DNA of 64,000 nt from Nitrosopumilus sp. (GTDB lineage: Archaea; Thermoproteota; Nitrososphaeria; Nitrososphaerales; Nitrosopumilaceae): NCBI GenBank assembly GCA_965206745.1, contig OZ242220.1, positions 1,536,001-1,600,000 on the forward strand, given 5' to 3'. A model generated the notes under the pieces. It was not told where the DNA came from and searched no databases. It worked only from the letters and a program-made list of their open reading frames with translations. Of the stretch, positions 30,304 to 45,300 are shown piece by piece. The first letter of the stretch is position 1. Each line of letters begins with the position of its first letter. Made by a program: the position numbers and the translations under genes.

Positions 30304-33300
30304 CTATTTCAGCAGTTCCATTATCTTTTGTGCCTTGCCCTGCTCGATGTGGAGTTCTTCTGCAAGCTTTACCATCTTTGAGATCTCGTCCTTTTCACCC
30401 AAATAGTCATAGCTGAATGTCTGGCCTGGTACAGATACCAGCTTGCTTGCGTTAAATATTGCAGTGGCCTTTTGCTCCTCATGGTCCATGAGTTTTCCAA
30501 AGTTTGAGTGCATCCTAGTCATCACGTTGACTGCACCGTCTGTGAATCGCTCCATGTCCGGTGCGGTAATTGAGAACCAGCTGCCGTGATCATTTTGGGT
30601 CCAGAGGTATCCCGAATCATCCTCCCAGATGTTGTAGCGCCTGTCCTGCTGGGTGAGTGTGACTATCTCTGCTGGTCCCTGGTTTGTCTTTTTCTGCACG
30701 ATAGAGTATGTGCTTGGTGCAAGTAGGGAGTCGCCTGTAAACTCTACGCCCTCGTTGACGTACGTTACGGTGCTGCGTCGCTTGGAATCGACTGCCGATA
30801 TTGCCATCACGTCGGACTTTAGCGGCGCATTAACCTTGAAATCTATGCCAAATGAGTGGCAATCGAGTTTGGAGCCCGGACTGCATTCCACCTTGCTGAC
30901 GGTAGCAGTCGTCTTGCTCTCATCAACTAGCGATTCCTTTTGCTCGTGAATAATCTCAGTAATGTCATAGTCATTCGGATTGTCATAGTTTCGATTCAGC
31001 ATCAGTATGATGTCAGTCTCGGCATCTGATGCCGCACCAATCTCCGGCACTCCAAGGGATAGCGTCACATACCTGAATCCGTCAGCTGCATATGCCTTCA
31101 TGGCGACACTGTTTGTCTCACCAATTATTGATGATGTCCTTGTAAAGTCAGTGTGCCAGTTGTCAGTGATGTCAAGTGTGTAGCCATTGAATGTAAATCC
31201 GTCAGTGACTAGCTGCGATGATGATATCTCCCATGACTGGCCAAAGGTTGGCTTTTTCTTCCACTCATTTGAGCTGCCACCAGATCCATAAGCTACCAAA
31301 ACCCTGCCAATTTCGAAATCAATGTTCAAGCCATTGTCTACAACATCGCAGGCGATATAGTTGTAACCAAGTGGCAGGAAATCACCGTTACTTATTACCG
31401 TACCATCAATGTCCATAACCATGCCTGAACTGCGTTCACGCTGTAGGGCATCTATATAGGTAGTGGCATTAAGTCGAATACAGTCCATTTTGATAGGAGG
31501 GTTTGGATTGGCATCGACTACACTAACAAATGGACTATCGGTTCCTACAGGATTATCATCAGATTGGAGTTCATCAGGGAACATTAAGGTATTGGGTTGC
31601 AGTCGTGAAGCAAACTTGAGTTTTGGCTCTAGATTATCAACAACAGTGACAAATAGAATCGCATCTAGGACTTCGCCAGATGCATCATCTGTTACACGGA
31701 TTTGTATCTCAAATGATTCACCAGACAGTGAATGTGGAGGGGTTGGCCAAGACAGGACACCAAAGACCTCATCGGCAAACCCTAATCCAATAGGAAGTTC
31801 AAGGTCTGAGAGCGACGCTGCAGATGGTGAGATCGTTATTCCAGGACTTGGAATGGATACTCCAAGACGTGGAACAGTTGTATCAGGATTCAGAGGTGGC
31901 GTACCAAAATTATCAATTATCATGCCATCGTGTACGACACTGATAATCTCAAAGCTCACATCGTCTGCATTGAGGGATACGTCAGTATCAGTATTCATGA
32001 CTGGTACCAGTTGTATGTTGAACTCCCCATTGCTAGAGTCGTAATTGCGTGGTGGACATAGTGTAGCGCTGGAAGGTTCGCATGCTTCAAACTGAAACTC
32101 GACGACATTCAAAAGAATGTCACGCACCAAGACTGGGTTGTCATCAGGCCCCATGGCTCTTGCAGTATTAAAAGCAGGCAAACCAGGTGGAAGCTCTTCT
32201 GCACTGAGTGGAAGGTGCAGTAGACCGTCACCTGCAACATTAGTTACACCAAGTACCAATGGATTTGTTTGAGCGGCACTATCAGTAGGGGGGACCATTA
32301 TGTTAAAGTCTACTGCAATATTACGTGATCGTTCCGTAAATTCTGGACTGCCTACAATCTGGTCTTGACACTGGTCAGCAAAACTCTCCTCTATAGTCAC
32401 ACACTGTTCTCTAATAGTATATGGTGATTGTGGGACTCCATCAATAAGAGTTCCTTCGATTACATCCGTACATATCTCAACTGTCTTGAAAGACACATCA
32501 CGACATATTGGCTCACTTAGGACTGCATCGACTCGTATTTTACATGATTCAGACGAATCATAAGATGCACCATTACATCGTTGTTCAGCTAAGACTGCTC
32601 TTGTGTCAGTTGTATTCTGTATTATTTCACAACTTTCTCTTACCCTATCGTTCGGATCCACACATGCTCTTAGAACTGATGTATCGACACTCAGGTCATC
32701 ATATAGAACCAGAGTGATATGGCATATTTTGCCTTCATCTTCTACAGTTGGAATCCACGAGAATTTACCACCCAGAATATTGGCAGTATCTATGTTACAG
32801 TCATCATTTTCTAGGAACCACTGAGCGTCACGGGTAATGGTGTTGACAGGTGTAAATGTAAAATTAAAGGGATCTCCTACGTTAGCTTGCCTCTCCAATG
32901 TAAATCTAAATGGATCTGGCAACAATATGGCCAGGTCATTTGTACCAGTCACCAAGTCATCGTCACTATCAATTACTGTTATTATACCAGACTGGGTTGA
33001 TATCTCAGGCGCTCTTACTCCAGGTAATTGTCTAGGTACGTCGCTAGGGGATTCTATATTGTCACAGAGGCCGCTGCGGGTGTCGAACGTTTGGCATGTA
33101 CGGTCGGGAAGATCTGTTGTAAATGCAGTTCTTAGTCTTGTTACTGGATTACCTTCTTCATCTAGTACTGGATTAAGTACTGGATTAAGTACTGGATTAC
33201 CTTCTTCATCTAGTACTGGATTACCTTCTTCATCTAGTACTGGATTATCTTCATCTAGTACTGGATTACCTTCTTCATCTAGTACTGGATTATCTTCATC

Positions 33301-36300
33301 TAGTAGGATATCGGATATGATATCACCGTTTTCATCTAGTACGTAGACTATGCCGGGGTTGCCAACAGTATACGTAAAGGTGTATGTTTTAGGACCTACT
33401 GGATTCGTTTTAGAACCTTCTGGATTCGTAGTGTCGTGTCGGAAGGTGGCTGAGAAATCACCGCTTGCCGTATCAAAAGAGTCTGTGATGTATGTAGGCA
33501 GATTGCCACCAATGATGTCGTATACGTACAAATCATCTCCAACATCTGCTGCTGCTCTTGAAAGACTAGGAAGGTCTGCACCCTCTGAGACTGTCAGTTC
33601 GTATGGGGAAAATGGTATGTGTGGATTGACAAATAATGCAAAGATCCTTGTTGCTACAAATGACGTCTCAGGGTCGTTTGGATCAGTTGATGGCGCAGTT
33701 AGGGAGATGGCGACCTGACATATTGCGCCTCCATCAGTAGGAGCTGGGGTCCATCTGAATGTTCCATTGTCTGCATCAATTCCGCTTGCACCCACTTGAT
33801 CACAGCTATTAGTCAAGAGTCCAAACTTGAAACCTGTGGGATCTGCAACGATGGGTTCAAATACAAATCGGAATGGCTCATCTACGCTCTTTGTTCTGTC
33901 CGAGTCCTCAAATGCAGATGGCAGTTTTATGAGATGTGGTACCGTGAAATTCTGAGATATGGTAGTAAATATTGATGATGTAAAATTCTGTATTCTTGAG
34001 GGATCATCAGAATAAGTTCTGGAATCTGTCACTCCAAATTTGAATTGTAATATAGTGTCATGATCTTGCAGACGAGGAGTCCAAGAGAATGCTTGAGTGC
34101 CTTCATCAAATGTTGCACCCGAATCATCGACTCCAAGACTTGCGAATACTCCAGCTAGACGGATGATGATGTCAGAATTATCAGGTAGCGTAATAGTTGT
34201 TCCTGCAGCATACACGACTTGGTCTATACCTCGTCCGTTGTACAGAGCTGAATCGGCATTGTAGGATAATATGTATTGGTATAGTGATTCTTTTTCTGCT
34301 GCTGATAGGAAAAAGCCCCCTATGTCTCGAGGTGTGGGATTTGTTATAATGACTGCACTATCGCCTGGAGCAGAAGGAGGTTGAATAAGTAATACTGATT
34401 TTTCAGCAAGTTGAGTAGCGCTTCTGATATCTCCGATGCGCCATGTTAGCTCATCGCCATCAGGATCAGAGCCTCTCAGGGTGAATGCTACGAGTTCACC
34501 CACGCGAGGTTCTGTATTGACAGTATCTGAAATAGGATCTATTGTTGGAGCCCTGTTAGGAGTGGTAAATTCATGATATACTGGGTCTGATTCCACTCCA
34601 TACTGATCAGTTAGTAGAAATTCAAACCTGACGCCATTGTTGATATCAGCTTGAGTTGGGGTCCAACTGAATCGTCCGCTGTCTGCATCAATTGTTCCAT
34701 CCGTAGGAGGATCAGATGTCACACTCCACGTGAGAGTATGGCCGTCAAGATCAGAGCCACTCAGGGTGAATGCTACTAGTTCATTTGCGTTAAGCATGTC
34801 AGGGAGAACGTCTGGGCCAATTACTTGGATTTTTGTAGGCCCTTCTACGAATGTACCGATCTCTGTTGTACATACACCGCTGGGGTCACGGTCTCCGTTT
34901 TCTAGTGTTGGACAGGTAAGAACATCTCGTGGTACTGAAACGGTCTCTGTTGTACATACACTGCTGGGGTCACGGTCTCCGTTTTCTAGTGTTGGACAGA
35001 CAAGGACATCTTGTGTTATTGAAACGGCCTTTGTTTCACATTCACCGCGGGGGTCACGGGCTCCGTTTTCTAGTGTTTCACAGACAAGAATATTTCGTGT
35101 TACTGATATATTATCACTTGAAACGGTCTCTGTTGTACATACACCGCTGGGGTCACGGTCTCCGTTTTGTAGTGTTGGACAGACAAGGACATCTTGTGTT
35201 ATTAATGCAGGATCATTTGAAACAGTCTCTGTTGTACATACACCGCTGGGGTCACGCTCTTCGTCTTGTAGTGCTGGACAGACAAGGACATCTCGTGTTA
35301 TTGATACACTTGAAACGGTATCTATTACCGGTGCCCTGTTAGGTATGACAAACGCAACAGATACTGGTTCAGACCTTGCTCCTCCATCGGGACATTGTCT
35401 GCTAGTACTGGCAGGTGGTAAAGTATCTGTAGTATCAGGAGGACTAAGTGTACAATCCGCTTCAGGATCTACACCGGCAGGTATGTTTCTGGGCTCACTT
35501 AGGTAGAAGGTGAACGTGATAGCGGCATTGCGATGCTCAAATAGACCATTATCGACAGGCATTGTCCTTTGGACGTGCTCTGGACCTGGCATCCATGTGA
35601 ATACTCCGCTGTTCTGATCAATCCTTGCACCCACATCATCAACAGTACTAAACCACCTAGCGTTCACATTGTCAATACCATCATTTCCGATATTAGCATC
35701 ATCAATGAAGCTTGTGACGTTAGTTTCTACACTCCATTCCAGATCAGCATTGTTATCAGGATCAAAGCCTTCCAGGGTGAATGATACAGTTTCACCTGCG
35801 GAAAAATTCCCAGGGATGTATGAAAAACTCTTCACAGTTCCATCTGGTAGAGTGACTGTAGAAGGTTCGAGTTGAATGGACGTTAGATCTTCACCCACCA
35901 CGAATGTTGGATTATCAAGAAGGATAGAAGGTGCAGGACGAACCCTACCAGTATCAGGGTTTACACGTGTACCTGGTTCATTGAACCTTAGATCAAATGT
36001 TGAAGTGACGAGGTTGAGAGCCTCTATGAGTTGAGTTAGGCGTTCCTCGGTAAGGGTTTCCGTAGGGATGTCTATTACCGGTCGTTCGTTTCTATGCAAT
36101 ACTGTGATGAATGCAGGCTGACCTCTTGACACGCCACCATGTTCATCACTATACTCCCAAATAAAGAAAAAGACCTTGGCCGCATCTCTAACGGTCTCAC
36201 CAGGGCCAGGAGGATCCACGGTATCAAGTGGGAATGGGACTGCAAAGTGACCGGTATCATCCAGGCCATCTATAACATCACTCCTATCATCCCTAGTCAG

Positions 36301-39300
36301 ATTTGCAATGATGGCAAAAGCTGTAGGATCTGAATCCAGAACAGCCTGCTGTTCACGAGTGAGCTCTACGGGTGGAAGTATTCGGTATTGAACACCGGTT
36401 GGTATGGGGTTTTCAGGACGGTTTGTAACTGCATCAGAAAGGGGCGGAATAGCAGAAATGATTCCACCATCAGGAGCCCTAACATAAGGAAGGACTGTAC
36501 CATCAAGACTGAATGATTGAGGATCAACGATCACACTATCAGGATGCGGGATGAATCTGCCATCAGAATCTGTGAAGGGTGTATTAGGAGGATACGTGAT
36601 GTATGTGCCATCACGAAGCATGATGATTCTACCAGTAGAATCTGTGAAGAGTGTGCCGTCAGGCAGTGTAACGAGAAAAACGACTTCATCAACATCAGAC
36701 TCGAATACAGTTGCGCGGTATTCTCCAAATTCTGGCAGACGTGGATTTGGACCAACATACTCTGGATCATCAGGATGTGCAAATACAGAGCCGTCATCAT
36801 TGCTCACCCTTACCTGGGAAGGGCGATCATAGAAGGTATCGCCAATATGGTACCTGAAAGTAAAATCAAAGATCTCTATTTCTTTAGGGGTGTCAAATAC
36901 TGCAACAGTATTATTCCTTCCAAATTCATCACGAGTGGTTACTATAGTGAAATCTCCCTTGGTGTTGTCAGCTATGGTAGTAACTGGGAATGTGTTTGCA
37001 AGTGAACCACCCAGTACATTTGTATCTATATTTCCAAACGAACCATTGTTTGCATATAGAGAATTTCTGATATGGTCAGGCAGGGTTCCACCAGATCGGA
37101 TTTCAAATCTGAGATCGAAACTCGTTGGCTCTAGTCCGAAAGGATACGATACAGCTTCGCCAAGGGATGGAACTATCTGTCCCTCAACTACCGCCATATC
37201 ATATATGGTGAAAACCGGGTCAAATACCGTTAATGCATGGGACAGGGTGGAGCTCAAAAGGTCAGAATCAGTGGCAGTAAATGTAAAGTCAACTAGTGCA
37301 TTGCTATGCTCTGAACCCGGAGTCCAGGTGAATACTCCAGTGTCTGGAGCAATTACTGCATCTACAGGAATGTCATTACGAATTGTAGGTATGGCTCCAA
37401 GTACCTGTTCGGTTATGATCGTGCCATTTGGATGGCGGGCTGGAACATTTCGATCATCACTAGTATCACCAGGAGTGCCATTATCATCAAGTGTGAAAAC
37501 TGTCTTCTCAATCAAGCCTTCTGTAAAGGTAGTCACAACATAGTCCAGACTCCATGTTACACCCCGATCCTCAGGATCATTGGCCACCAGGTCAAGCTGT
37601 ATTGGTTGACCCACAAAAGTTTCACTGAGTTCAATAAGTCTAGTGGTGTCACTTGAAAGTGGCTCTATTATCGGAGGATCGTTTCTTTCTAGTATATTAA
37701 ATACATAAGATACGAAATCAGTCCCAGTTACACCGCGTATGGTACTCCCAGGTATCAAATCCCCATTTGTATCACGTGTGCCAAATCCAGGTAGAAGACC
37801 AGGGAGGTCATTTAGTTCAAACTCAAATATGAAAGTCCTGTCAATCATATCTATTGTGGGCGTCCATGTGAATGTCGTGGTTGCTCCGATAGTCGGATCA
37901 AGGGTTGCACCCAAGTAATCATCATCATGACGGACTATTTCAAGATCAAGATTATGTGCAGTGACGATAGCAGGATCATTTGCAGGATTTGTACTAGGCC
38001 TCCCCTCTCCAATGTTGGCGATAACCTCGGTGGTGTTACTTATACGCCATGATAAATCACTATCACTACCGTCAGGATCAGAAGCTGTCAGGGTGAAGGT
38101 TATCGGTTCAATAGGTGTAACCTCATTTATGAAGTGATCACCAGCAATAACTTGCGTAGGAATACCTTCTACTATTTCAGGAATATCTTCTACTGTTTCA
38201 CATACAGAGTCTACAAGAGTTAAATCACTCCTTTCTACAGTCGAGAATGTAATCACAATTTCGCCATTTACTGTCTCTTCAGTCCGCTTTATGAATACAA
38301 TTTGGTCGTCTATGATTTGAAGGCAGGCATCAGTGAAAGTATTTGAAGGCTCTATTACAGGAGGCTCGTTGCCGTTACGTACTATTAATCTGCCAGTATA
38401 GTTGACTAGTGGCTCGTTTGGATCAAGGGATCCTCTTGTATTATCATCCTCATACGTCCAAGCAAAGAGATATGTTATTACATCATTTTCATCCACATCT
38501 CCATCTCCATCTGCATCTGCATCCCCTATCAGATCATATGGGAATGAGACTGTTGTGTCAAAGTAACCATTTGATGAATTCAGGGAATCAATGATGTAAT
38601 CAGGCAATACTCGGGTGTTGGGGGGTAATGGTATTGCCGGATTGGGTAAGGTAAAGTCAGGTAGGATTTGAATGTCGACATTCAAATCACGGATCTCCTC
38701 TAGCAGGATATCAGGATCGGAATTAAGAGGAGGATTGTATCTAATCAAGGGATCAGCTGGATTAAAGAAACTAGGAATTAGCGCACCCTCGCTTGTTACT
38801 TCATTGTATAGCCTGATTTCTGGCAGGCCGCTATCATGTACTGTTAGTGTGGCAGTAAGAGGAACTGATGTTGCATTGGCACTAATATGCCTCCAAGTAA
38901 AGGTATAGTCTACAGGATTCCCTCCAAGTGGTACTGTGTCATGTGGGACTAGGAAAGATCCAATTGTCGGATTAAAGCGGGCTGCGAAACTAGGAGGAAG
39001 GCCTCCAATATCTACGAGCTCATAGCTGACATCAAACAGGTCTGCATACGAGGTCACATTGTCTATTCTATCAAACCCACTCTCGCTCAGCAGGAATATA
39101 GGATTTTGGACTGGTGGTCCATCTGGATTAAGAACCTCATCAGCAGATCTTGGTGTATAATCATCACCTGTTGGTATCAGTGTAGGAGGAGTAACTAAGC
39201 TAGAAAAGAATACAGTTTGGTTTCCTTCGATTATATCCTCATCGTATGAGTCAAATGTTGGAAGGATTTCAGAGCTGGAAAATATTGGCAAGTCGTAAAA

Positions 39301-42300
39301 TATGTTCGAATCTGCACCCCTAGCATCAGTCGCGTTAAATTGGAATCTCATCGATTTGGCGATATCACCATTACCGGCATCGCCATCATTTGGAGTCCAT
39401 CTGAATGTTCCATTGTCTGGATTAAGATTTGATTGCAAGGCAGCAGTTCGATCATCATACGTAATTATGAAATTTCTCATTCTTTCTTCGGTTATGGTTG
39501 TGCTGACTGTGTTTGTGGTTATGCCGTTTATGACTGTGGTTGTAGTTGTGACTGTGGTTGTGGTTCTGGCTATGTCGTCTCTGGTTGTTGTAGTTGTGAT
39601 GCTTGGGGTTGCAGTTGCACCGTTTATGGCTACAGTTGTACCGTCTAGGGTTATGATTGTGCCGTCTATGGTTACAGTTGAACCGTCTTTAGCTATGGTT
39701 TTGCCGTTTATGGTTGCAGTTGTGCCGTCTATGAGTGTGGTTGAGCCGTCTATGACTGTGGTTGAGCCAGTTGTGGTTATCGTTGTGCCGTCTATGACTG
39801 TGGTTGTGACGTTCAGATGGTGTGTAGTTACATTCCTAATATTAGCCGGATCGGTATTAGGTGTGAATGTGAACAGGGTGGCATTTAAGAGCTCCCACTC
39901 TAGAAGAGGATCACCATCATCATCACTATATTCCAAATTAATTGATAATGATGTATCAAAGCTCAAGGTATCTGGTTCAAATAATGCAGGTATATCGTAA
40001 AGTGCTGCAGGGGCATCATCTGGAACTGCTATTGTTGGGGGGGTGTTTGGCTCGCTTATGACAAACTGGTGCGATACAGTAGAGGCAGAAGATACTGTAA
40101 ACAGACTCTCATCAATGTTAGGAGTGTCAAGATCATTAGGTACAGGATCATCAGGTACATTGTCTGTCAAGTCAGTACCAAATGGGTATCTCAAAGTCTC
40201 ATTAAGAACAGTCGTAGGATCATCCTGACGAATGGTATATGCTGCAAACTCAAATGTGTAAATTTCATCAACGTGCTCTGCTTGTGGGGTCCAAGTGAAT
40301 ACACCACTCGATTGACCAAGTGTCACACCCAAGTCGGTAAGCATTTCATTCAATCGGGTAGTGTTTTGAGGATATACAATCTCATGATCAAACGCAGTAA
40401 TATCAAGCGGATTCTCATTATTTACATCAAGCGCACTCGGCCCTATCTCTCCAAGTATACGCGCCACAGAGCTATTGGTTATATGCCACATTATATCATC
40501 ATCATCATCAGCATCCGTGCCGTTGAGGGTAAATCGTACTTGTTCACTCGAGTCAATTTGTGTACGGAAATTAATTGGGCCTATTACTGGGGGTTGGTCA
40601 GTGTTTACTACTGTAATTGTGGCATCAAAGTCACCATAAGTGGTAACGCCATCAGTGTACCTCCAAGTAAAGGTAAATACCCTATCATCCCCGTTAGTGG
40701 TGTCAAATGGGAATTGAATTGCTGAATGGCCTGAAGTAGTTCCAATACCAAAGCTACCATCTGTAGAGTTAAACCTGGCATCCCTAGCGTTAAAATCATT
40801 ATCAGTACCAGGAACTCCATATAGGGCATCTAGGATATTCTGAGGCAGGTTTCCATTAGATACGATGCGGTATCGAGAATCAGTTTGTGGGGAGTGGTCA
40901 TTAGGTAAATTAGCTACACTAGAAAGACTGGGAATTTCGCGCTGCTCAAATACCACCACATTGTATGGATCAAAGGTTACTGTAGTAGGTGATGATGCAT
41001 CAGGGTCTGGACGATCACGCACTAGCAAGTGAGCACCGAATTGCACCAGATCATTGTTATCATCCTGATATGTCCAAGTGAATGCATAAGCTTGACCATT
41101 TGATCCAGGATCTGTGGTATCAAATGGGAATGTTACTCCAAATTCACCAGTCGAATGATCCAGAGAATTTATGATGGTCTGAGGCAGATATGCAGTCCTG
41201 TTGATGCGACCTGGCTCTGGAGCCATAATGTCATATCTGATACCACTTGGAAGAGCTCCAGAATGATCAACTTCAAGGGAGAGAGGAGGAATTGTAGAAC
41301 CCTCATTTACATCTCTGTTGTATGGGTTGATATCTGGGAGAGTGATTGAGTTTACCACCGTAATCTCAAGAGTTGTCGTACCTGTCCTACCGGTACTATC
41401 AGTTACAGTAAATGTAAAGTCATGAACACGTATATGGTCTTCCGTAGGAGTCCATCTGAATATTCCATCTGAATCAATGCTGGCACCCAGAGCAGTATCA
41501 GGATCCACACTAAATGTTAAGACCTCGTTATCATCAGGATCAGAGGCAATCAAACGAACGGATACCGCAGTACCGTTAGTAACTTGTATAGTAGCAGGAG
41601 ATAAAAGGGTAATTGTTGGATCGTTTGGAGTGTCAGATATAGTTAGTCTGGCAGTCTGTTCTGTCTCTATTCCATCAATCGTATAACTCCAGGTATAGTC
41701 ATAGACTACATTGGGTGCTCCAGATTCTATGACATCAGATGGGACAGCGTTGACAAGAAGTTCCGGAATTATCAAATTAACAGCATCAGAGCCAAGATAT
41801 GCAAAGTTTCTAAACGTACCATTGTTTGTATACAGGGAATCTTGGAGGTATCGGGTCAGATTAAAGTCGCCTCGAAGAGTGCCTGTAGTCACTTCACCAG
41901 ACACTATGCGGAATGTGAGGTCTGAAGGAACGAAGGAAAATACGCTAGATAAATCAGTAAGTGAATCGCCCTCAGATACTGTGCTATCCAATGACGATGG
42001 GGGAATAGTTACAAAGATGCTATGAGGTGCCATAGCTGTCGTACTGGAACTATCAGTTACAGTGAATGTAAACTCGTGGAGGCCGATATCCATTGCAGTT
42101 GGGGTCCATGTGAATACTCCACTTGAATCAATGGCGGCATTGCTCGGTTTAGGGTCCACATCATACGCCAAGGTATCACCAGTGCCTCTCAAAGTAATGG
42201 TTACCATCGAACCGATATTAATTTCTGAAAGAGCATCAGATGGAACGGTAACTGTTGGAACGGTAGCTGTTGGACCGACTGGAGTGTCAGATATAGTTAG

Positions 42301-45300
42301 TATGGCAGTCTGTTCTGTCTCTATTCCATCAATCGTATAACCCCAGACAAATTCATAGACTAGACTGCCTGTTCCAGCATCACTTAGAATATTAAATGGA
42401 ATGCCTACAGTACCATCTGGAAGCGCAGCGAGACTAAAACTACCATCGCTTGTAGATAGGGAATCTATGAGATACTGGGTCAGATTGAAGCTGCCCTCAA
42501 GATTACCTGTAGTCACTTCGCCAGATATTATCCTGTATGTGAGGCCTGAAACAGAATGGGAAAATACGCTAGATAAATCAGTAAGTGGCTGGCCCTCAGA
42601 GACTGTGTGAACAAATGGCGTTACATCGACTACAGTAATCTCATGAGTTACCGAGTCTGTATTATCAGTATTATCAGTTACAGTAAATGTAAATTCAAGT
42701 GGACCTGGCGACTGCGTTGAATCAGGTGTCCATGTGAATACCCCAGTGGTAGGATCAATTGCGGCATTGCCCGGAGTACGGTCCACACTATACTCCAAAG
42801 TACCACCATCAATATCAGAGGCGTCCACATCAATGGTTATCGGGGAATCAACTATGACAGTCATAGGGGCATTAGATGGAACGGTGATTGTTGGAGGGGC
42901 TGGAGCGTCAGCTATACTTAGTCTGCTAGACACTTCTGTCTCTATTCCATCAATCGTATAACTCCAGATATATCCATACTCCACTGTGTTACGAATTCCA
43001 CGATCATCTATTCCAGATTCTACGACATCAAATGGGATAGCATTGACAAAAAGTTCCGGATTTATCAAAGGATCACGCTCTAAATTTGCAAAGTTTCTAA
43101 ACGTACCATTGTTTGTATACAGGGAATCTATGAGGTACTGGGTCAGATTAAAGTTACCTAGAGTATTGCCTCTAGTCACTTCACCAGACACTATGCGGAA
43201 TGTGACGTCTGCAAGGGATGATTCAGAGAATGCTTGAGATAAAGGAGGAATTTCGAAGCCCTCTGCTAGTATGTGAGACATACTCGTATCAAAAGGGGGA
43301 AGAGTTACAAAGATGCTATGAGGTGCCGTAGCTGTCTGACCGGCACTATCAGTTACAGTGAATGTAAACTCGTGGAGGCCTATATCATCTGGACTTGGAG
43401 CCCATGTGAATACCCCAGTGGTAGGATCAATTGCGGCATTGCCCGGACGAGGATCCACCTCATACGAGACAATAAAACTACCATCACCATCAGTGCCTAC
43501 CACTTCAATGGTTATCGTGGAATCAGTGGTACATAAACTGGTACACTCAGGAATGGAACTAGATATGACAGTTGAAGGAGCATCAGATGGAACGGTAACT
43601 GTTGGAACGACGTCAAGGTTGTTTATAGTTATTGTGTCAGTATACTGTCCGATCATTTGAGCACCAATATCAAAAATTTGCCATTCAAGGTCAAAGACTA
43701 TGCGATCGTCTGCAGAATTTACGATAACAGGTGGAATGAGGCTAGTATCGCCTGCAGGATTTACGGGAAATGCAATGCCGTTAGTACCTCTTGGAAGCTG
43801 ATCGAAATTAAAACTACCATCACTTGGAACTAGGGAACCTGTGAGGTACTGTAGCAGATTAAAGCTGTTTTGAGTCGAGCCTTCAGTTATGGTAACACTT
43901 CTTATATTGGGCGAACCCGAGAGTGGAGTAAATAGAGACAAATCAATAAATGGACCACCCTCTGATACTTCGAAATTCAATGACGGTCGTTGGGGGTTGT
44001 TCTTTACTATCAGTGTGCTCGATATTGGATCAGATTCACCATCGGAATTAGTATACTGCCACTGAAAATTGAGTGTTCTACTAGTTGATGCATCACCGAC
44101 AAAGTTAAAGCCAAACGGAATACCAAATTCACCACTGTCCCCATTCAAACCATCCTCAACATATCCAGGGATGCCACCGCGATCAATTATGGTGTATTGG
44201 ATGCTTCCATCTGATATATCTCCAATATCACTAACTATAGAGGAGAGGCTTGGGATTGGCTCACCCTCAAATATTGAATGTGAGTAATCAGCAAGAACAA
44301 AATCAGCAAATCGATCAGAGCCGGTACGTACTACTGTCATGTCATTTATTTCAAAGTTGACTGTCAGAGGAACGTCGCTTGCTTGTCCATTGGTGTCAGT
44401 TGCAGTAAAATTAAATTGGACTGTAGTACCGCCATCCTCCGAGTCTGGAATCCACACAAATAATCCAGAATCTGGATTAAGCGTTGCATCAGCAGTACCG
44501 GTGGAGTTATCGACGAAACTCCATACTAGAACCTCATTTGCATCATCAGCATCCGTGCCGTTGAGGGTAAATGTTATGATCTCATATTCATCATATGCTT
44601 TGATAAATCTGTCTAAAAGTGGATCTACTACAGGGTGGTTGTTTGCACCATCTGTCTGTCCGGATACTGCCCTTTCTTCAGCTACCAACGGCAATGTTTT
44701 AGTATCCAAGACCACGTTTCCTCCACTGAAACCAGCATCTGTCCTTGCTGCAACTCTGTACGAATATTCCGTATCAGGGTTCAAACCATCAACTTCATAG
44801 AAAGTGCTACTTGTAATATCAAGTAACGATCCTCCTGGAGGAGGGCCATGCGGTGTCGTGGATGTTATTCGGTATAATCCGAGTGCCGAACCGTGAAGGT
44901 CTGGCTGTGTCCATTCTAATCTTAGTGTGGTTTGTCCTATATTTGTCGCAGTTAAATCATCAACTGAGCTTGGCTTTACAGCAGTTGTTGTAATACCGAT
45001 GATGCCACCTAGTGGGCTTGCAGCACCATTATCAGTTATTGTTCTTACTGCAAAGAAATAATCAATGCCAGGGTTCAAACCTGTAACGGTATAGGTGGTC
45101 TCTGACGTTCTGCTAGTATCTACAACTGTACCGTCTGATAGAGTAGATACGACTTCATAAGCATCAAGGGTTTGACCGTGTAGTTCTGGCACAGTCCATG
45201 AAAGGGTCAGTCCAGTGTTTGTAATAGCAGTGGCTGCCAAATCATCAATTGGATCAGCTGTTACCAGGGATGCTGTGCTAGTTCTGAGGAGATTACTTGG

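Noticed and set aside
33143-33305. CRISPR-like short repeats
   Set aside because: They are head-to-tail, in-frame coding repeats with no unique spacers and no cas genes.
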